Shown piece after piece: positions 51,155 to 60,218 of a DNA stretch of 64,000 nt. The notes beneath the pieces are model-generated. The model searched no databases. It had not been told where the DNA came from and saw only the letters and a program-made list of their open reading frames with translations. The translations under genes and the position numbers were made by a program. Every line of letters begins with the position of its first letter. The stretch's first letter is position 1. This stretch comes from Thermoplasmata archaeon (GTDB taxonomy: Archaea > Thermoplasmatota > Thermoplasmata > Sysuiplasmatales > Sysuiplasmataceae): positions 8,002 to 72,001 of the forward strand of contig JAKAVR010000001.1 in the NCBI GenBank assembly GCA_021817225.1, in the 5' to 3' direction.

Positions 51155-51628
51155 TCAGCCTTTAGCGTGATGGACTGCTTTGGCCGTAGTGATACCGGAC
51201 CTTATTGCCCTGGTTATGCTCCAAACCTCAATAACGCGCTCATCCCGTATCTGATTGAAGTGCTTGTCATTGGTGATGAGGATTGCACTTTCCTGAAGGC
51301 AAGTGGCCGCATGAAGTGTGTCTGCCGGTTCGTTTGCCGGCATATATTTGGCGCAAATGGAAACGAAGTTGTTTCCAACCTGAACCATACGCATTCTGTT
51401 GAGCAGTGCCTCAACAAGTAAGGCTGCTGTTTCGGAATGAAATTCCTCTGCATACCGCAGCATCTCCTCTACCCAAAATTCATTTCCAACAAGTTGTAAG
51501 TTGTCATTTTGTATAAGTTCCAGTAGGAAACGAAGTGTACCCGTTTCCCTGCCTGGATGCCTCACAGCAGCTACGAAGACGTTGGTATCAAGGAGAAAGG
51601 ACCGGATAGGACTTTCTGATAAGAGCAT
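51155..51628 (-). CDS. PIN domain toxin (VapC-like)
   Basis: FLLDTNVFV, E, DTLHAA, ITNDKHF. Confidence 0.9.
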   Translation of the reverse strand: MLLSESPIRSFLLDTNVFVAAVRHPGRETGTLRFLLELIQNDNLQLVGNEFWVEEMLRYAEEFHSETAALLVEALLNRMRMVQVGNNFVSICAKYMPANEPADTLHAATCLQESAILITNDKHFNQIRDERVIEVWSITRAIRSGITTAKAVHHAKG

Positions 51629-51854
51629 TTACGTCCTTCCTGATACGGCTGGCTATTTCATCGATGTCTTTGCCTTCCAGTTCCTTTTCAAGGCGCGCAG
51701 CTATTGATTTCACATCCAATTTCTGGAGTATTATGCGACCGCCTCCAGAGATTGTGATAAGAATCTTCGCGCCTTCATCAATTCCGGCCGCCTTCCGGAT
51801 TTCCTTAGGTATTACTATCCTACCCGCCCTGTCTATTCCTGCTATCTCTTCCAT
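51588..51854 (-). CDS. AbrB/MazE family antitoxin
   Basis: IDRAGRIVIPKEIRKAAGI; overlaps the PIN gene. Confidence 0.9.
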   Translation of the reverse strand: MEEIAGIDRAGRIVIPKEIRKAAGIDEGAKILITISGGGRIILQKLDVKSIAARLEKELEGKDIDEIASRIRKDVNALIRKSYPVLSP

Positions 51855-51867
51855 TGATTCATGTATA

Positions 51868-51907
51868 TGCCATAATGCCATTTAATCTTTATGTTGGTAT
51901 AATGGCA
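51868..51907. promoter_or_regulatory. inverted-repeat operator flanking an AT-rich box upstream of the AbrB gene
   Basis: tgccataatgcca (51868-80) and tggtataatggca (51895-907). Confidence 0.6.
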
Positions 51908-52096
51908 GTTCATCCGACACATGATGTGGATTGCAAAGCCTGGAGCGGACACTGCATTTCACGCCATATCAGTGATTGGAGCGTCTCATTCATGTTGTTC
52001 CCATTCCAGGATATGTTGACCCAGAGTCTCAAGTGTCCGGATTGCAGGCGAGCAACTATTCACTCTAAGCTCGAATTCTTAGCCATCTTTGAATAT

Positions 52097-52133
52097 GTGC
52101 GGCTGCCGGGATAAGCGCATCAATGTTCGAATC
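52097..52133 (+). repeat. cassette-boundary repeat copy 2
   Basis: gtgcggctgccgggataagcgcatcaatgttcgaatc, 33/37; second box agctcgaatt 56 bp upstream (52068). Confidence 0.93.
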
Positions 52134-52373
52134 CTGGAGACTACTTATAGACGCCCGCTTTGATTGAGCAACAAGGTTCCAACTCATTTAAGGTAGAAAT
52201 CTACCTTGTGACATTACGTGATTAACGCTGGCATCTATAGTCTGAAATACACTGCCTACGACGATGAAAGCTGTCTGCAATCTCCCGCTCATTTACGGAT
52301 TGCTCAAATAGCCGCATTACTCTCGAGGATTGCTGTAAGTAAGCCCGATTGGACCTTTAACTCCCTGTCAAAT

Positions 52374-53297
52374 TCAAATCACACGCTTCTTAACATCGCT
52401 CATACTTTGCACAAGACTGTCCTTGTCTTCGACTACCAAGACATTATACCTCACCCTCCTTCCACTTGAGAGGAGGAAGTAAATCCAGCCTGAATATGGC
52501 CGCTTGAATGGATTCAGGGTCTTCCTTACGTATCCTATTTCTTCCACAACTTTCCTGTCAATCCAGAAATCGTTCGGAAAGTGGTCAGAGGGACCACCAG
52601 ACTTAAGCGACTCAATCCTCTGCTGGCATATTTCCCTGATTGTTCCTCTCTTGAGACTGTCGTTCCACATTTCCTGGGAGTTACTTATGGGGCCCTGAAC
52701 TTGTTGAGGCGAGAGACATGTAAGGAAAATCAAACGTTTGTTCGTTACGATAATCACGTTCTCAGTGTATTTTCCTTCAGCAACCCCCTCCTCAACAGGG
52801 TGGAGCCTGAACACAGGTGCGGCGTGAGCCAAAAGTCCTTCTCCAGGCAGGAGTTGAACCGGAGAATTTCCAAAAGGATTAATCCCCTCTTCCCCTCTCT
52901 GTATATTTCCCCTAAGATTCTCCTCCTTATTGAGGTATAGCTGCCCGATCCGCCTGCTTTGGTATATCGCAAGCACGAGGATAAATAGCAGTATCAGGAA
53001 CAATACAGCCACATCATATATGGGAAGACCGAGTGGAATCGAGATTATGACAACGATCAATAAAAGGAAGAAGATGACGAGTCGTGCAAATGTTCGCATA
53101 GCTGACTGTCTCTTCATGGCAGTGGCTCCGATTGCCCCTGCTCTACCGGGACCACTGTATGTTGCACCTGCTGAAGGTATGCCATTGGTTGTCGGATTGC
53201 TCAGTTGTTTTCCGCATGAGGTGCAGTATACAGGGTTCCCCGAATGTTCAGTGCCACAATTTGGGCAACACACTAGGTTGTAAAGGGCATTTACCAT
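52374..53297 (-). CDS. zinc-ribbon membrane protein
   Basis: CPNCG..YCTSCG, two TM helices, C-terminal IIVTNKRLIF (bacterial PH-like). Confidence 0.8.
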   Translation of the reverse strand: MVNALYNLVCCPNCGTEHSGNPVYCTSCGKQLSNPTTNGIPSAGATYSGPGRAGAIGATAMKRQSAMRTFARLVIFFLLLIVVIISIPLGLPIYDVAVLFLILLFILVLAIYQSRRIGQLYLNKEENLRGNIQRGEEGINPFGNSPVQLLPGEGLLAHAAPVFRLHPVEEGVAEGKYTENVIIVTNKRLIFLTCLSPQQVQGPISNSQEMWNDSLKRGTIREICQQRIESLKSGGPSDHFPNDFWIDRKVVEEIGYVRKTLNPFKRPYSGWIYFLLSSGRRVRYNVLVVEDKDSLVQSMSDVKKRVI

Positions 53298-53716
53298 AAG
53301 CGCTCATTCCTCAGAAACATCAACCTGCCCATACATCCGCCTACTTTGGGAAGAACAATACTGGAATTTCTGCTTACCAGAAACAGAGGAATATCGTCCG
53401 AGACGGACGATGTCGCGTAGTTGATCTGACTGTATTTACTTAAACTTAGTGATTTATTTTATCACATGTCTCATAATCAGTGCCAATTACTGGAATTCTA
53501 AGAGTGGACAAGTTACTGAGAAATGCGGCCAAAGCATCCAGTGGAAGATGGTGCGTGAAGCTGTAGAACCAATACTCCCGTGCGACGGCGGCCAATATCT
53601 CCATGACATACCTGGAAGGTGCAAGGTGTGGAAGGTATCGAGGCACAACAGGATTGGGCATTAGAGCGACTTAGGCGACAATATCTTGAAAGTGTTGGAT
53701 TGATTATAATATTAAT

Positions 53717-55271
53717 CCCTGACTCCCGCTGATTTAGGCAATCTGTCTCCAGTTCTTCGATTTTGAGCACGATTTCATCGGCAGATCTAAGTACTAGCTT
53801 GCCTATATACACTATTGATGACCACATTCCCGGAATGGGTGCTGAAATACAGGGAGAAGGGGACTGATGTCAGATACCTGAATGGTCACTACTACCTCTA
53901 CAGTGTGACGAGCAAATACGATCCTTCTGTGAAGCGGTCGCGGAAAGTAACACTTGCATATCTCGGCAGGATAACGCCAGAAGGACTTGTGAGGCCCAAG
54001 GCAGCCAGGATGATGGACGAGCTGCAGTACATAACAAACAGGGAGTATGGTGCATCGAGCTTCATACTCTCCGAGTGCTCCGATGTGATCGAGCTCCTGA
54101 AGAAACACTTCCCCGATGAATGGAAGGAGATTGCAGTGTGCGCAATCATGCGCTTCTTCCATTCATCACCCATGAAGAACATGCAGCTGCACTATGTTTC
54201 GTCGCATCTCTCCGATGCGCTGCCTGATGCACGTATGTCGCCCGAGAGTGTGAGCAATCTGCTGCACTACACTGGACTGCGAAGGCAGAGGATTGTTGAC
54301 TTCATGTCAAACTTTGTTCAGGGGGAGCAGTGCGTCATAGACCTGACGCACGTATTCTCGAGGAGCGAGAATGTAATAGCCGCCACACTGGGCCACAACC
54401 CCGGCGGCGGCCACATTCCTCAGCTGAACATGGTACTACTGACATCTTTGAAGGGCAACCACCCATCATTTTTCAGGATTGTGCCTGGGAGCATCGGCGA
54501 TGTATCCACGATAAGGATGACCATGAAGGAGGCTGGCATATCCGGTCCTGATGCTGTCCTGGTCGGAGACAAGGGTTTCTACTCAAAGGACAACATGCTC
54601 TTCCTCGAGAAGGAGAGGATGCGCTTCATACTGCCGCTCAGGAGGGACAGCGCATTCATCGATTACATACCTGCAAGGGGTGACGCACGCACAAAGTTCG
54701 ACGGCTGCTTCATGTTCGATGAGAGGGTCATATGGCACAGCAGGAGGGACATTCGGAAGAGGAGAGTGATCCTCTTCCTCGACGAAGACCTCAGGACGGA
54801 GGAGGGGAGGGACATGATCGCGCGCATAAAAGATGGCAGGGGAAGGATGTCATCGTACCATGAACAGATGCAGAAGATGGGAACCATTGCGATCATAACA
54901 AACACGACGGCACGTCCGCAGAGGGTGTATGAGCTTCTGAAGAGGAGGATAGAGATAGAGCAGACATTCGACACGTTCAAGAGCACACTGCATGCGGACC
55001 GCTCCTACATGAGGAGCGATGTGAGCATGCAGGGATGGATGTTCATCAACTTTGTTGCACTGCTGCTCTATTACAGGGTATACGACCTGCTGTTCAGGAG
55101 GAAGCTGCTCAAGAAATACTCGCCGGGGGACGTGGTGCTGCACCTGTCGCTCATATCGAAGATGAAGATTGGCGACAGGTGGGTGCTGTCTGAGATACCA
55201 AAGCAGTCCAGGATACTCATGGAGAAACTTGAAATCAGCGTATCGATTGCCTAAATCAGCGGGAGTCAGGG
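53717..55271 (+). mobile_element. IS1634-family insertion sequence (1555 bp)
   Basis: Perfect 27-bp terminal IR ccctgactcccgctgatttaggcaatc; 6-bp DR ATTAAT at 53711-16 and 55272-77. Confidence 0.9.
53815..55254 (+). CDS. IS1634-like DDE transposase
   Basis: IDLTH, VGDKGFYS, Y..R.EIEQTF..K. Confidence 0.88.
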   Translation: MMTTFPEWVLKYREKGTDVRYLNGHYYLYSVTSKYDPSVKRSRKVTLAYLGRITPEGLVRPKAARMMDELQYITNREYGASSFILSECSDVIELLKKHFPDEWKEIAVCAIMRFFHSSPMKNMQLHYVSSHLSDALPDARMSPESVSNLLHYTGLRRQRIVDFMSNFVQGEQCVIDLTHVFSRSENVIAATLGHNPGGGHIPQLNMVLLTSLKGNHPSFFRIVPGSIGDVSTIRMTMKEAGISGPDAVLVGDKGFYSKDNMLFLEKERMRFILPLRRDSAFIDYIPARGDARTKFDGCFMFDERVIWHSRRDIRKRRVILFLDEDLRTEEGRDMIARIKDGRGRMSSYHEQMQKMGTIAIITNTTARPQRVYELLKRRIEIEQTFDTFKSTLHADRSYMRSDVSMQGWMFINFVALLLYYRVYDLLFRRKLLKKYSPGDVVLHLSLISKMKIGDRWVLSEIPKQSRILMEKLEISVSIA

Positions 55272-55353
55272 ATTAATACATCATCATTAAAATGTCCCCC
55301 ATGGGCATACCACTCCTTCTGCAGTCACCTGTTGGAATCTGCGTATCTCTTTG

Positions 55354-55477
55354 GATTCGCACCTTTTGGTTCTATTTTGGGAGAACTGATATCCCCGCTT
55401 CATTTGCTATAGGTTCGAATCTGATGCCCAAACGGACCGTGTGCGGCTGCCGGGATATACGCATTAAGGTTCGAATC
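55354..55477 (+). repeat. cassette-boundary repeat copy 3 (full three-box form; core 55441-55477)
   Basis: Core 37/37; GGTTC boxes at 55368, 55412, 55468. Confidence 0.95.
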
Positions 55478-55772
55478 CTGGCTTTTGCACCCTGAGCATA
55501 GAATCTGGCTACTTCACCAGCATAAGGCTCTCACCTATCTTCATTGTCTAATGTACATTGTTTGCCAGGGTGATGCCAGCAATCAACAGATATGCTCATT
55601 CTTCAATCTTAAAATGCCCCTTATAAGATCTGTCCATATATACATGCAGATCCTGAATTTCTTTTAAATCATGTCAAGAGTGGTCTCGACCTATTTTCAT
55701 GCAAACCGTAGTATCATTAAAGTTTTGCAAAAGCTGATACAGCTAAGCGTGGTTAACTATAGACGAACTAGC

Positions 55773-56036
55773 TTGACTCTAAAACTGAAGATCGGGAAGA
55801 AAGGATACGTGATTATTCCAAAAGCGATTAGAAAGGCAATCGGTGTTGATGAAGGCGATGACCTGATAGTCACTGTTGAAGACGGAATAAGGCTAATTCC
55901 CGAAAGGAAGATTGACAGGAACTCGTTGCATAAAGCGATTGCTCGCCACAAAGCAGCTGTCTTTTCTATGGGCAAAGCCAAGGCCCCTAGGGTAGGGGAA
56001 GCAAAGAAGTACTCACTGGAGGACGAGTTTGACTAA
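55773..56036 (+). CDS. AbrB/MazE family antitoxin
   Basis: LKIGKKGYVIIPKAIRKAIGVDEGD; probable TTG start at 55773. Confidence 0.88.
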   Translation: MTLKLKIGKKGYVIIPKAIRKAIGVDEGDDLIVTVEDGIRLIPERKIDRNSLHKAIARHKAAVFSMGKAKAPRVGEAKKYSLEDEFD

Positions 56037-56128
56037 TGTTTTCATAGACACCAGCCTTTTTGTTTATCTTAACACACCATCAATAAACTTCGTCAAATGT
56101 GCTGCCTTCTATGAAGATGAAATTAATG

Positions 56129-57555
56129 CATTGGTGTTCGGTTAAGGAAATGCCAGTTCATCTCCCATCAGCCTCCTTCTCCTGACATTCGGATCCAGCG
56201 CAGGACTTTCATAGAAGGCGAGTGCCTTGTCGAAGCCATCCTCTATGTCCATGTAGTCAAGCAGGAAGTCAAACAGCCTTGTTCCCCTCTCTACAAATAT
56301 CTTTGACCATCTCAGGCGCGTGTACCGTATTGCGTCGATTCCCTTCCCGTCCACAACTATGAGATAGAGGCGGCGGGAAACGAGCATTGTTATGAGTGCA
56401 GTCCATACAAGCGCTTCCACAGCATGCGGGTTGGCCGTTGGCATCTGGTCCAGCCTGTACTGTGATTTCAACTCCTTGAACACAAGCTCTATCTCCCATC
56501 TGCAGCGGTAGAGTGTGGCGACTTCCGCCGCATTGAGCCTCCCGACAGGGAGGTTGGTAATGTATGAGTGATACTCCCTCCTGACATCATCCCACACGCA
56601 TACGAGCCTGAAACGTGCGGCCGCAGCAGATCTGCTGCCACGGTACTGCCTCTTCCTGAACGACACCTCGACAACTGCATCCAGCATACCATGATGCATC
56701 TCTGGAAGGAGTTCGCTGAGATGCCTCCCGGGCACACCTTCCGGGAGTCCGCTGCCCGCATTCACGCTGAGTATGAGCACATCGGCATTGGATTTCAGTC
56801 TTGAGAGGAAGTAACCGCCGTTCGCCTCAATCCTCTCAAACAGGGAGTATTTGAAGAAACCGGGATCTGCTATGAACAGCCTGTCCTTCACCCACTTTCC
56901 AATCCTGACTGTCTTTATCTCCGCCTGCCTCTCGCCGAATATGCGGACAGACTTCGGTCCGCCGCCTGTCATGCTTATGATTGCAGATACCCTGATGCCT
57001 GCGGCAATCCTCCTGCTCCTTGTTGCAGGCCACATCTCTGCAAGCTTTGCATTGAGCCTGATGACACTGCTGTCCTGGACAACAATATCCTTCAGGAAGG
57101 AGAGCGCTTCCTTCAGTTTCTTTCCCGGAAGCGATGAAAGCTGCTCCATGCCGTGCAGCACGCACTCATGAAGAAAGCGGACGAGCTCCGGGCTGAAGCG
57201 CTCATAGAAGCTGCTCATCGCAATACCGATGCCTGCCCTCTCCTCATAGCCGCGCTTCAGCGATGCCAGTGTCCTCTGCGTGTGCATGCTTATGCTGAGT
57301 GCAAACGTCCAGAAGAGATAGACCGGATCTATCTTCCTCTCCCTCTTCACGAGACCCGTCTTCCTTGCAGTGCTCCGAAGCCACTGAGGAGAGTACATTT
57401 CTGTGAGTCTCTCCTCCACAATGTAATCGTTCTTTTCTTTCTCTGCAGGCACTCCCTTCCGTTTGTTTACAGATACTCTCATTCATGCATCCCGGAAAGT
57501 GAATGCCAGTGGCGCTGTAAATAATTATTCAGAAATCCTTAACCGAACACCGATG
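56129..57555 (-). mobile_element. IS4-family insertion sequence (ISH8-like, 1427 bp)
   Basis: IR cat(t/c)ggtgttcggttaagga; 10-bp DR GAAATTAATG at 56119-28 and 57556-65. Confidence 0.92.
56142..57482 (-). CDS. IS4-family DDE transposase
   Basis: QDSS, ADPGF, YRCRWEIELVFKELKS (YREK motif). Confidence 0.92.
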   Translation of the reverse strand: MRVSVNKRKGVPAEKEKNDYIVEERLTEMYSPQWLRSTARKTGLVKRERKIDPVYLFWTFALSISMHTQRTLASLKRGYEERAGIGIAMSSFYERFSPELVRFLHECVLHGMEQLSSLPGKKLKEALSFLKDIVVQDSSVIRLNAKLAEMWPATRSRRIAAGIRVSAIISMTGGGPKSVRIFGERQAEIKTVRIGKWVKDRLFIADPGFFKYSLFERIEANGGYFLSRLKSNADVLILSVNAGSGLPEGVPGRHLSELLPEMHHGMLDAVVEVSFRKRQYRGSRSAAAARFRLVCVWDDVRREYHSYITNLPVGRLNAAEVATLYRCRWEIELVFKELKSQYRLDQMPTANPHAVEALVWTALITMLVSRRLYLIVVDGKGIDAIRYTRLRWSKIFVERGTRLFDFLLDYMDIEDGFDKALAFYESPALDPNVRRRRLMGDELAFP

Positions 57556-58022
57556 GAAATTAATGACAATCATGCTTACACAAATGTTGTTGTTCTTGAC
57601 GAACTACTCTATGTGTCAAAGAAGAAATATGGGGTACCTTATTCCACAACGCTTGATTTGATTGACTCAGCAATAGTCCCTTACGTCGACATCTTGAACA
57701 TAGATTTGAACACCTACACAACAATGAAAGAAATCCTCAGATACTGTCCTAAACCGAGCGATGCTCTTATTGCCGCAACAATGAAGAATTCCTCTATGGG
57801 TATCATTCTTAGCGAAGATGGCGGGTTTGATAAGATTCCGTTCATTGAGCGAAAGTGGATAGATCACTGAGATCGCCCTCTTATTCGTTTGACGATCTAT
57901 TTACTTCCAGATACGAGTGACCAGAATATGTAAGCGGTGTCTTAATAATCTGTTTATAAATATAATGTTGTTAAAATGCACCTTGTTGGATCTGATTGTA
58001 GGTGCATCCAAACCAAGACTGT

Positions 58023-58059
58023 GCGCGACTGCCGGATTATGCGCATTAGTGTTCGAATT
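58023..58059 (+). repeat. cassette-boundary repeat copy 4 (diverged)
   Basis: gcgcgactgccggattatgcgcattagtgttcgaatt, 29/37. Confidence 0.85.
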
Positions 58060-58132
58060 CAATATAGGTCTTCATTGTAAGGGAAAAATCCAAGGTTGAC
58101 CGTTGACTTCAGTCACCCATAAGCCTCCAAAC

Positions 58133-58540
58133 TCACTGACTTGGCTGCTGTATTTCGAGACCACGAATTCTCCTGAATTCCTTCACATTGTTTGTAACAA
58201 GAGGAATACCGAGTGCCATTGCTGTTGCTCCAATTAGCATATCAAGCGACCCTATCGGTTTTCCGTTGTTTTCAAGGCTCGCTCTAATCTTTCCATAACA
58301 AACTGCGGCGTCATGGTCGAATTCGGCCACCTCCAGAGGCAGGAGAAACTTGTCCAGGGCTCTCTTGTTTCTCTCCTGACTCGAACTCTTCCGCACACCG
58401 TATTCCAATTCGGCAAGAGTTATCACCGAAATTCCCAACTCGCCTGCCTCATGTGCCCTGATCCATGGAAGGCTCCTGTCTCGGAATGCCTTGTTCCTGA
58501 TTAGGTCAATGCAATAGTCTGTGTCGAGCATGAGGATCAA
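58133..58540 (-). CDS. vapC: VapC toxin
   Basis: MLDTD, SVITLAELEYG, GKPIGSLDMLIGATA, LVTNNVKEFRRI. Confidence 0.93.
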   Translation of the reverse strand: MILMLDTDYCIDLIRNKAFRDRSLPWIRAHEAGELGISVITLAELEYGVRKSSSQERNKRALDKFLLPLEVAEFDHDAAVCYGKIRASLENNGKPIGSLDMLIGATAMALGIPLVTNNVKEFRRIRGLEIQQPSQ

Positions 58541-58779
58541 TCGAACAGCTCCCCTCTCTTCTTCTGCAAAGGCTGTTTCCTTGATTCCATGAAGTCATCG
58601 GTGAACATTGATAGGCCTTCGACAAACACGTTCCAGACGTCTTCCATAGGCATCAACAACAGATTCACCCCATTCCTCTTGACATAGACCTCCTTGGCAT
58701 TTATCCGGAAATCGGCAGGGAGTCTGACTGCCTGGCTGTTTCCACTCTTGAAAACCTTAGCAGTCCTGATTTTTGGCAT
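58537..58779 (-). CDS. vapB: VapB antitoxin
   Basis: TAKVFKSGNSQAVRLPADFR. Confidence 0.93.
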   Translation of the reverse strand: MPKIRTAKVFKSGNSQAVRLPADFRINAKEVYVKRNGVNLLLMPMEDVWNVFVEGLSMFTDDFMESRKQPLQKKRGELFD

Positions 58780-58783
58780 GATG

Positions 58784-58809
58784 ATGTATATACATTAATG
58801 TATATATGT
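58784..58809. promoter_or_regulatory. palindromic vapBC operator
   Basis: atgtatatacat palindrome and a 20-bp perfect palindrome tatatacattaatgtatata (58787-806) just upstream of vapB. Confidence 0.7.
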
Positions 58810-58916
58810 AGTTATCTAGGGGGCGCCCTTCCCATCATCTGATCCATAAGGGAGTGAAACGAGGAGGATCGCACAAACCGAAGAAGCAAAGTCAGTCAAT
58901 AATGTGGATTTTGCCC

Positions 58917-59041
58917 GATCTGGGTCTTCAGTTTCACTTTCTGGTGTGATGAAACTTCTTGTCACACTTTCTCCATGTTAGAACCTGATATCCAGATAGG
59001 GTATTCACTGCGGTCGCGATATACGCATCAAGGTTCGAATC
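58917..59041 (+). repeat. cassette-boundary repeat copy 5 (three-box form; core 59005-59041)
   Basis: Last 24 bp match 23/24; boxes at 58931, 58976, 59032. Confidence 0.85.
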
Positions 59042-59083
59042 CTCGGTGACGGGCAATATCATTGATTTTCTAGAGCATTGCCT

Positions 59084-60007
59084 TCAATCTTTATTATTGC
59101 CCTGCGGCACGATCATTGTATATTGCTCCAATAGCAGATTTCCTAGGAACATGGCAAAGGATTTGTGGTTTCCTGCATCCCCTTTTTCCAATTCATTGTA
59201 GTATTGTTCCCTGTCAGTGAATTCCACTATGACAGGCGGAAACTTAGACCTTATGAGTATCCAGTTCATCATGAGCCTGGCAGTTCTTCCGTTCCCATCC
59301 GCAAATGGATGAATGTTAACGAGTCTGTTATGCACATAAGCCGCAAGTTCTACAGGATGGTTGCTCTTTCTCTTGCTGCGAATCTCCTCCATCAGTGAAT
59401 TAAGGAGCTTAGGGACCTCAGAGAATGTGGGCGGAATATGAGAAGAACCCGCAATTCTGACTTCACCGTCCCTGAATTTGCCTTGAATTCTGCAAGAAGT
59501 GTTCTTTGTTACCTCGTACTGCACTTTGCTCAAGAATCCATTGCTGAAAGGTCCTTTGTAGTTCTTGATAAAATCCCATGCATCTGCTGCGTTCAGGACT
59601 TCTATCACGTCATCCGTCCTTGCACCGGCAGGAGACACTCTATCACTGAGCAGCAGTGCAGTTTGCCGTAGGGTGAGCCTGTTGCCTTCTATCGCGTTTG
59701 TGTTGTAAGTGTATCGCACAAGAAAGTCTTTAGGTATTGCTTCAATCGGCTTTCTGTATACCGTGATCAGCGATGCTCTGATGTCATCCAGCTTCGCTAT
59801 CATGTCACTTTGCAGCCAAGTGGTTTTGAACCGGGGAGTTGACTGCTTTTCCAATTTGAAAAGATGCCTGCGCAATTCTTCAGGCGGGGGTATTTCTCTT
59901 CCAAGGAAAATTCTATACTTCTTTACAGTGGTGGCGTTGGCCCTCACGTTCTTGACCAGATAATAGTAATTGTGATTTCCATGCCGTTGAGTTTCGATGA
60001 AGGACAT
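59084..60007 (-). CDS. Fic family protein
   Basis: HPFADGNGRTAR catalytic motif; TNAIEGN inhibitory motif. Confidence 0.92.
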   Translation of the reverse strand: MSFIETQRHGNHNYYYLVKNVRANATTVKKYRIFLGREIPPPEELRRHLFKLEKQSTPRFKTTWLQSDMIAKLDDIRASLITVYRKPIEAIPKDFLVRYTYNTNAIEGNRLTLRQTALLLSDRVSPAGARTDDVIEVLNAADAWDFIKNYKGPFSNGFLSKVQYEVTKNTSCRIQGKFRDGEVRIAGSSHIPPTFSEVPKLLNSLMEEIRSKRKSNHPVELAAYVHNRLVNIHPFADGNGRTARLMMNWILIRSKFPPVIVEFTDREQYYNELEKGDAGNHKSFAMFLGNLLLEQYTMIVPQGNNKD

Positions 60008-60218
60008 CAAGTATGGCTACGCTTTCCTTGATTTTAAATATTGTGGCCATAATGACCACTTTAGTATTATTACTGACTAAAGTAGCCATATAAGTCCATA
60101 TTCAAGTCAGGTTGTTTAGCAGATATGATGGACTCTCTGAATGAGCTGCAAGCGTGAGATAGTCACCGAATAGCATAAAAATGGATCTTCTGTAGCGGAC
60201 AGTAGGTGTTACCAGGTG

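Larger units (their letters stand above)
56029..57870 (+). pseudogene. VapC PIN toxin split by the IS4-family element
   Basis: Joining 56029-56128 to 57566-57870 gives one 134-aa frame (VFIDTS..DELLY..SDALIAAT..SEDGGFD). Confidence 0.9.

Noticed and set aside
55354-55477. Repeat as a canonical integron attC
   Set aside because: The ends are inverted, but the required AAC at the left end is not conserved, the right end is GTTCGAA rather than GTTRRRY, and no intI is visible.
55451-55479. Repeat as a Xer dif site
   Set aside because: It lacks the inner TAA-N6-TTA arms typical of dif sites.
57463-57870. Intact 135-aa PIN gene from the ORF track
   Set aside because: Its N-terminus lies inside the IS4 end; the true N-terminus is at 56029-56128.
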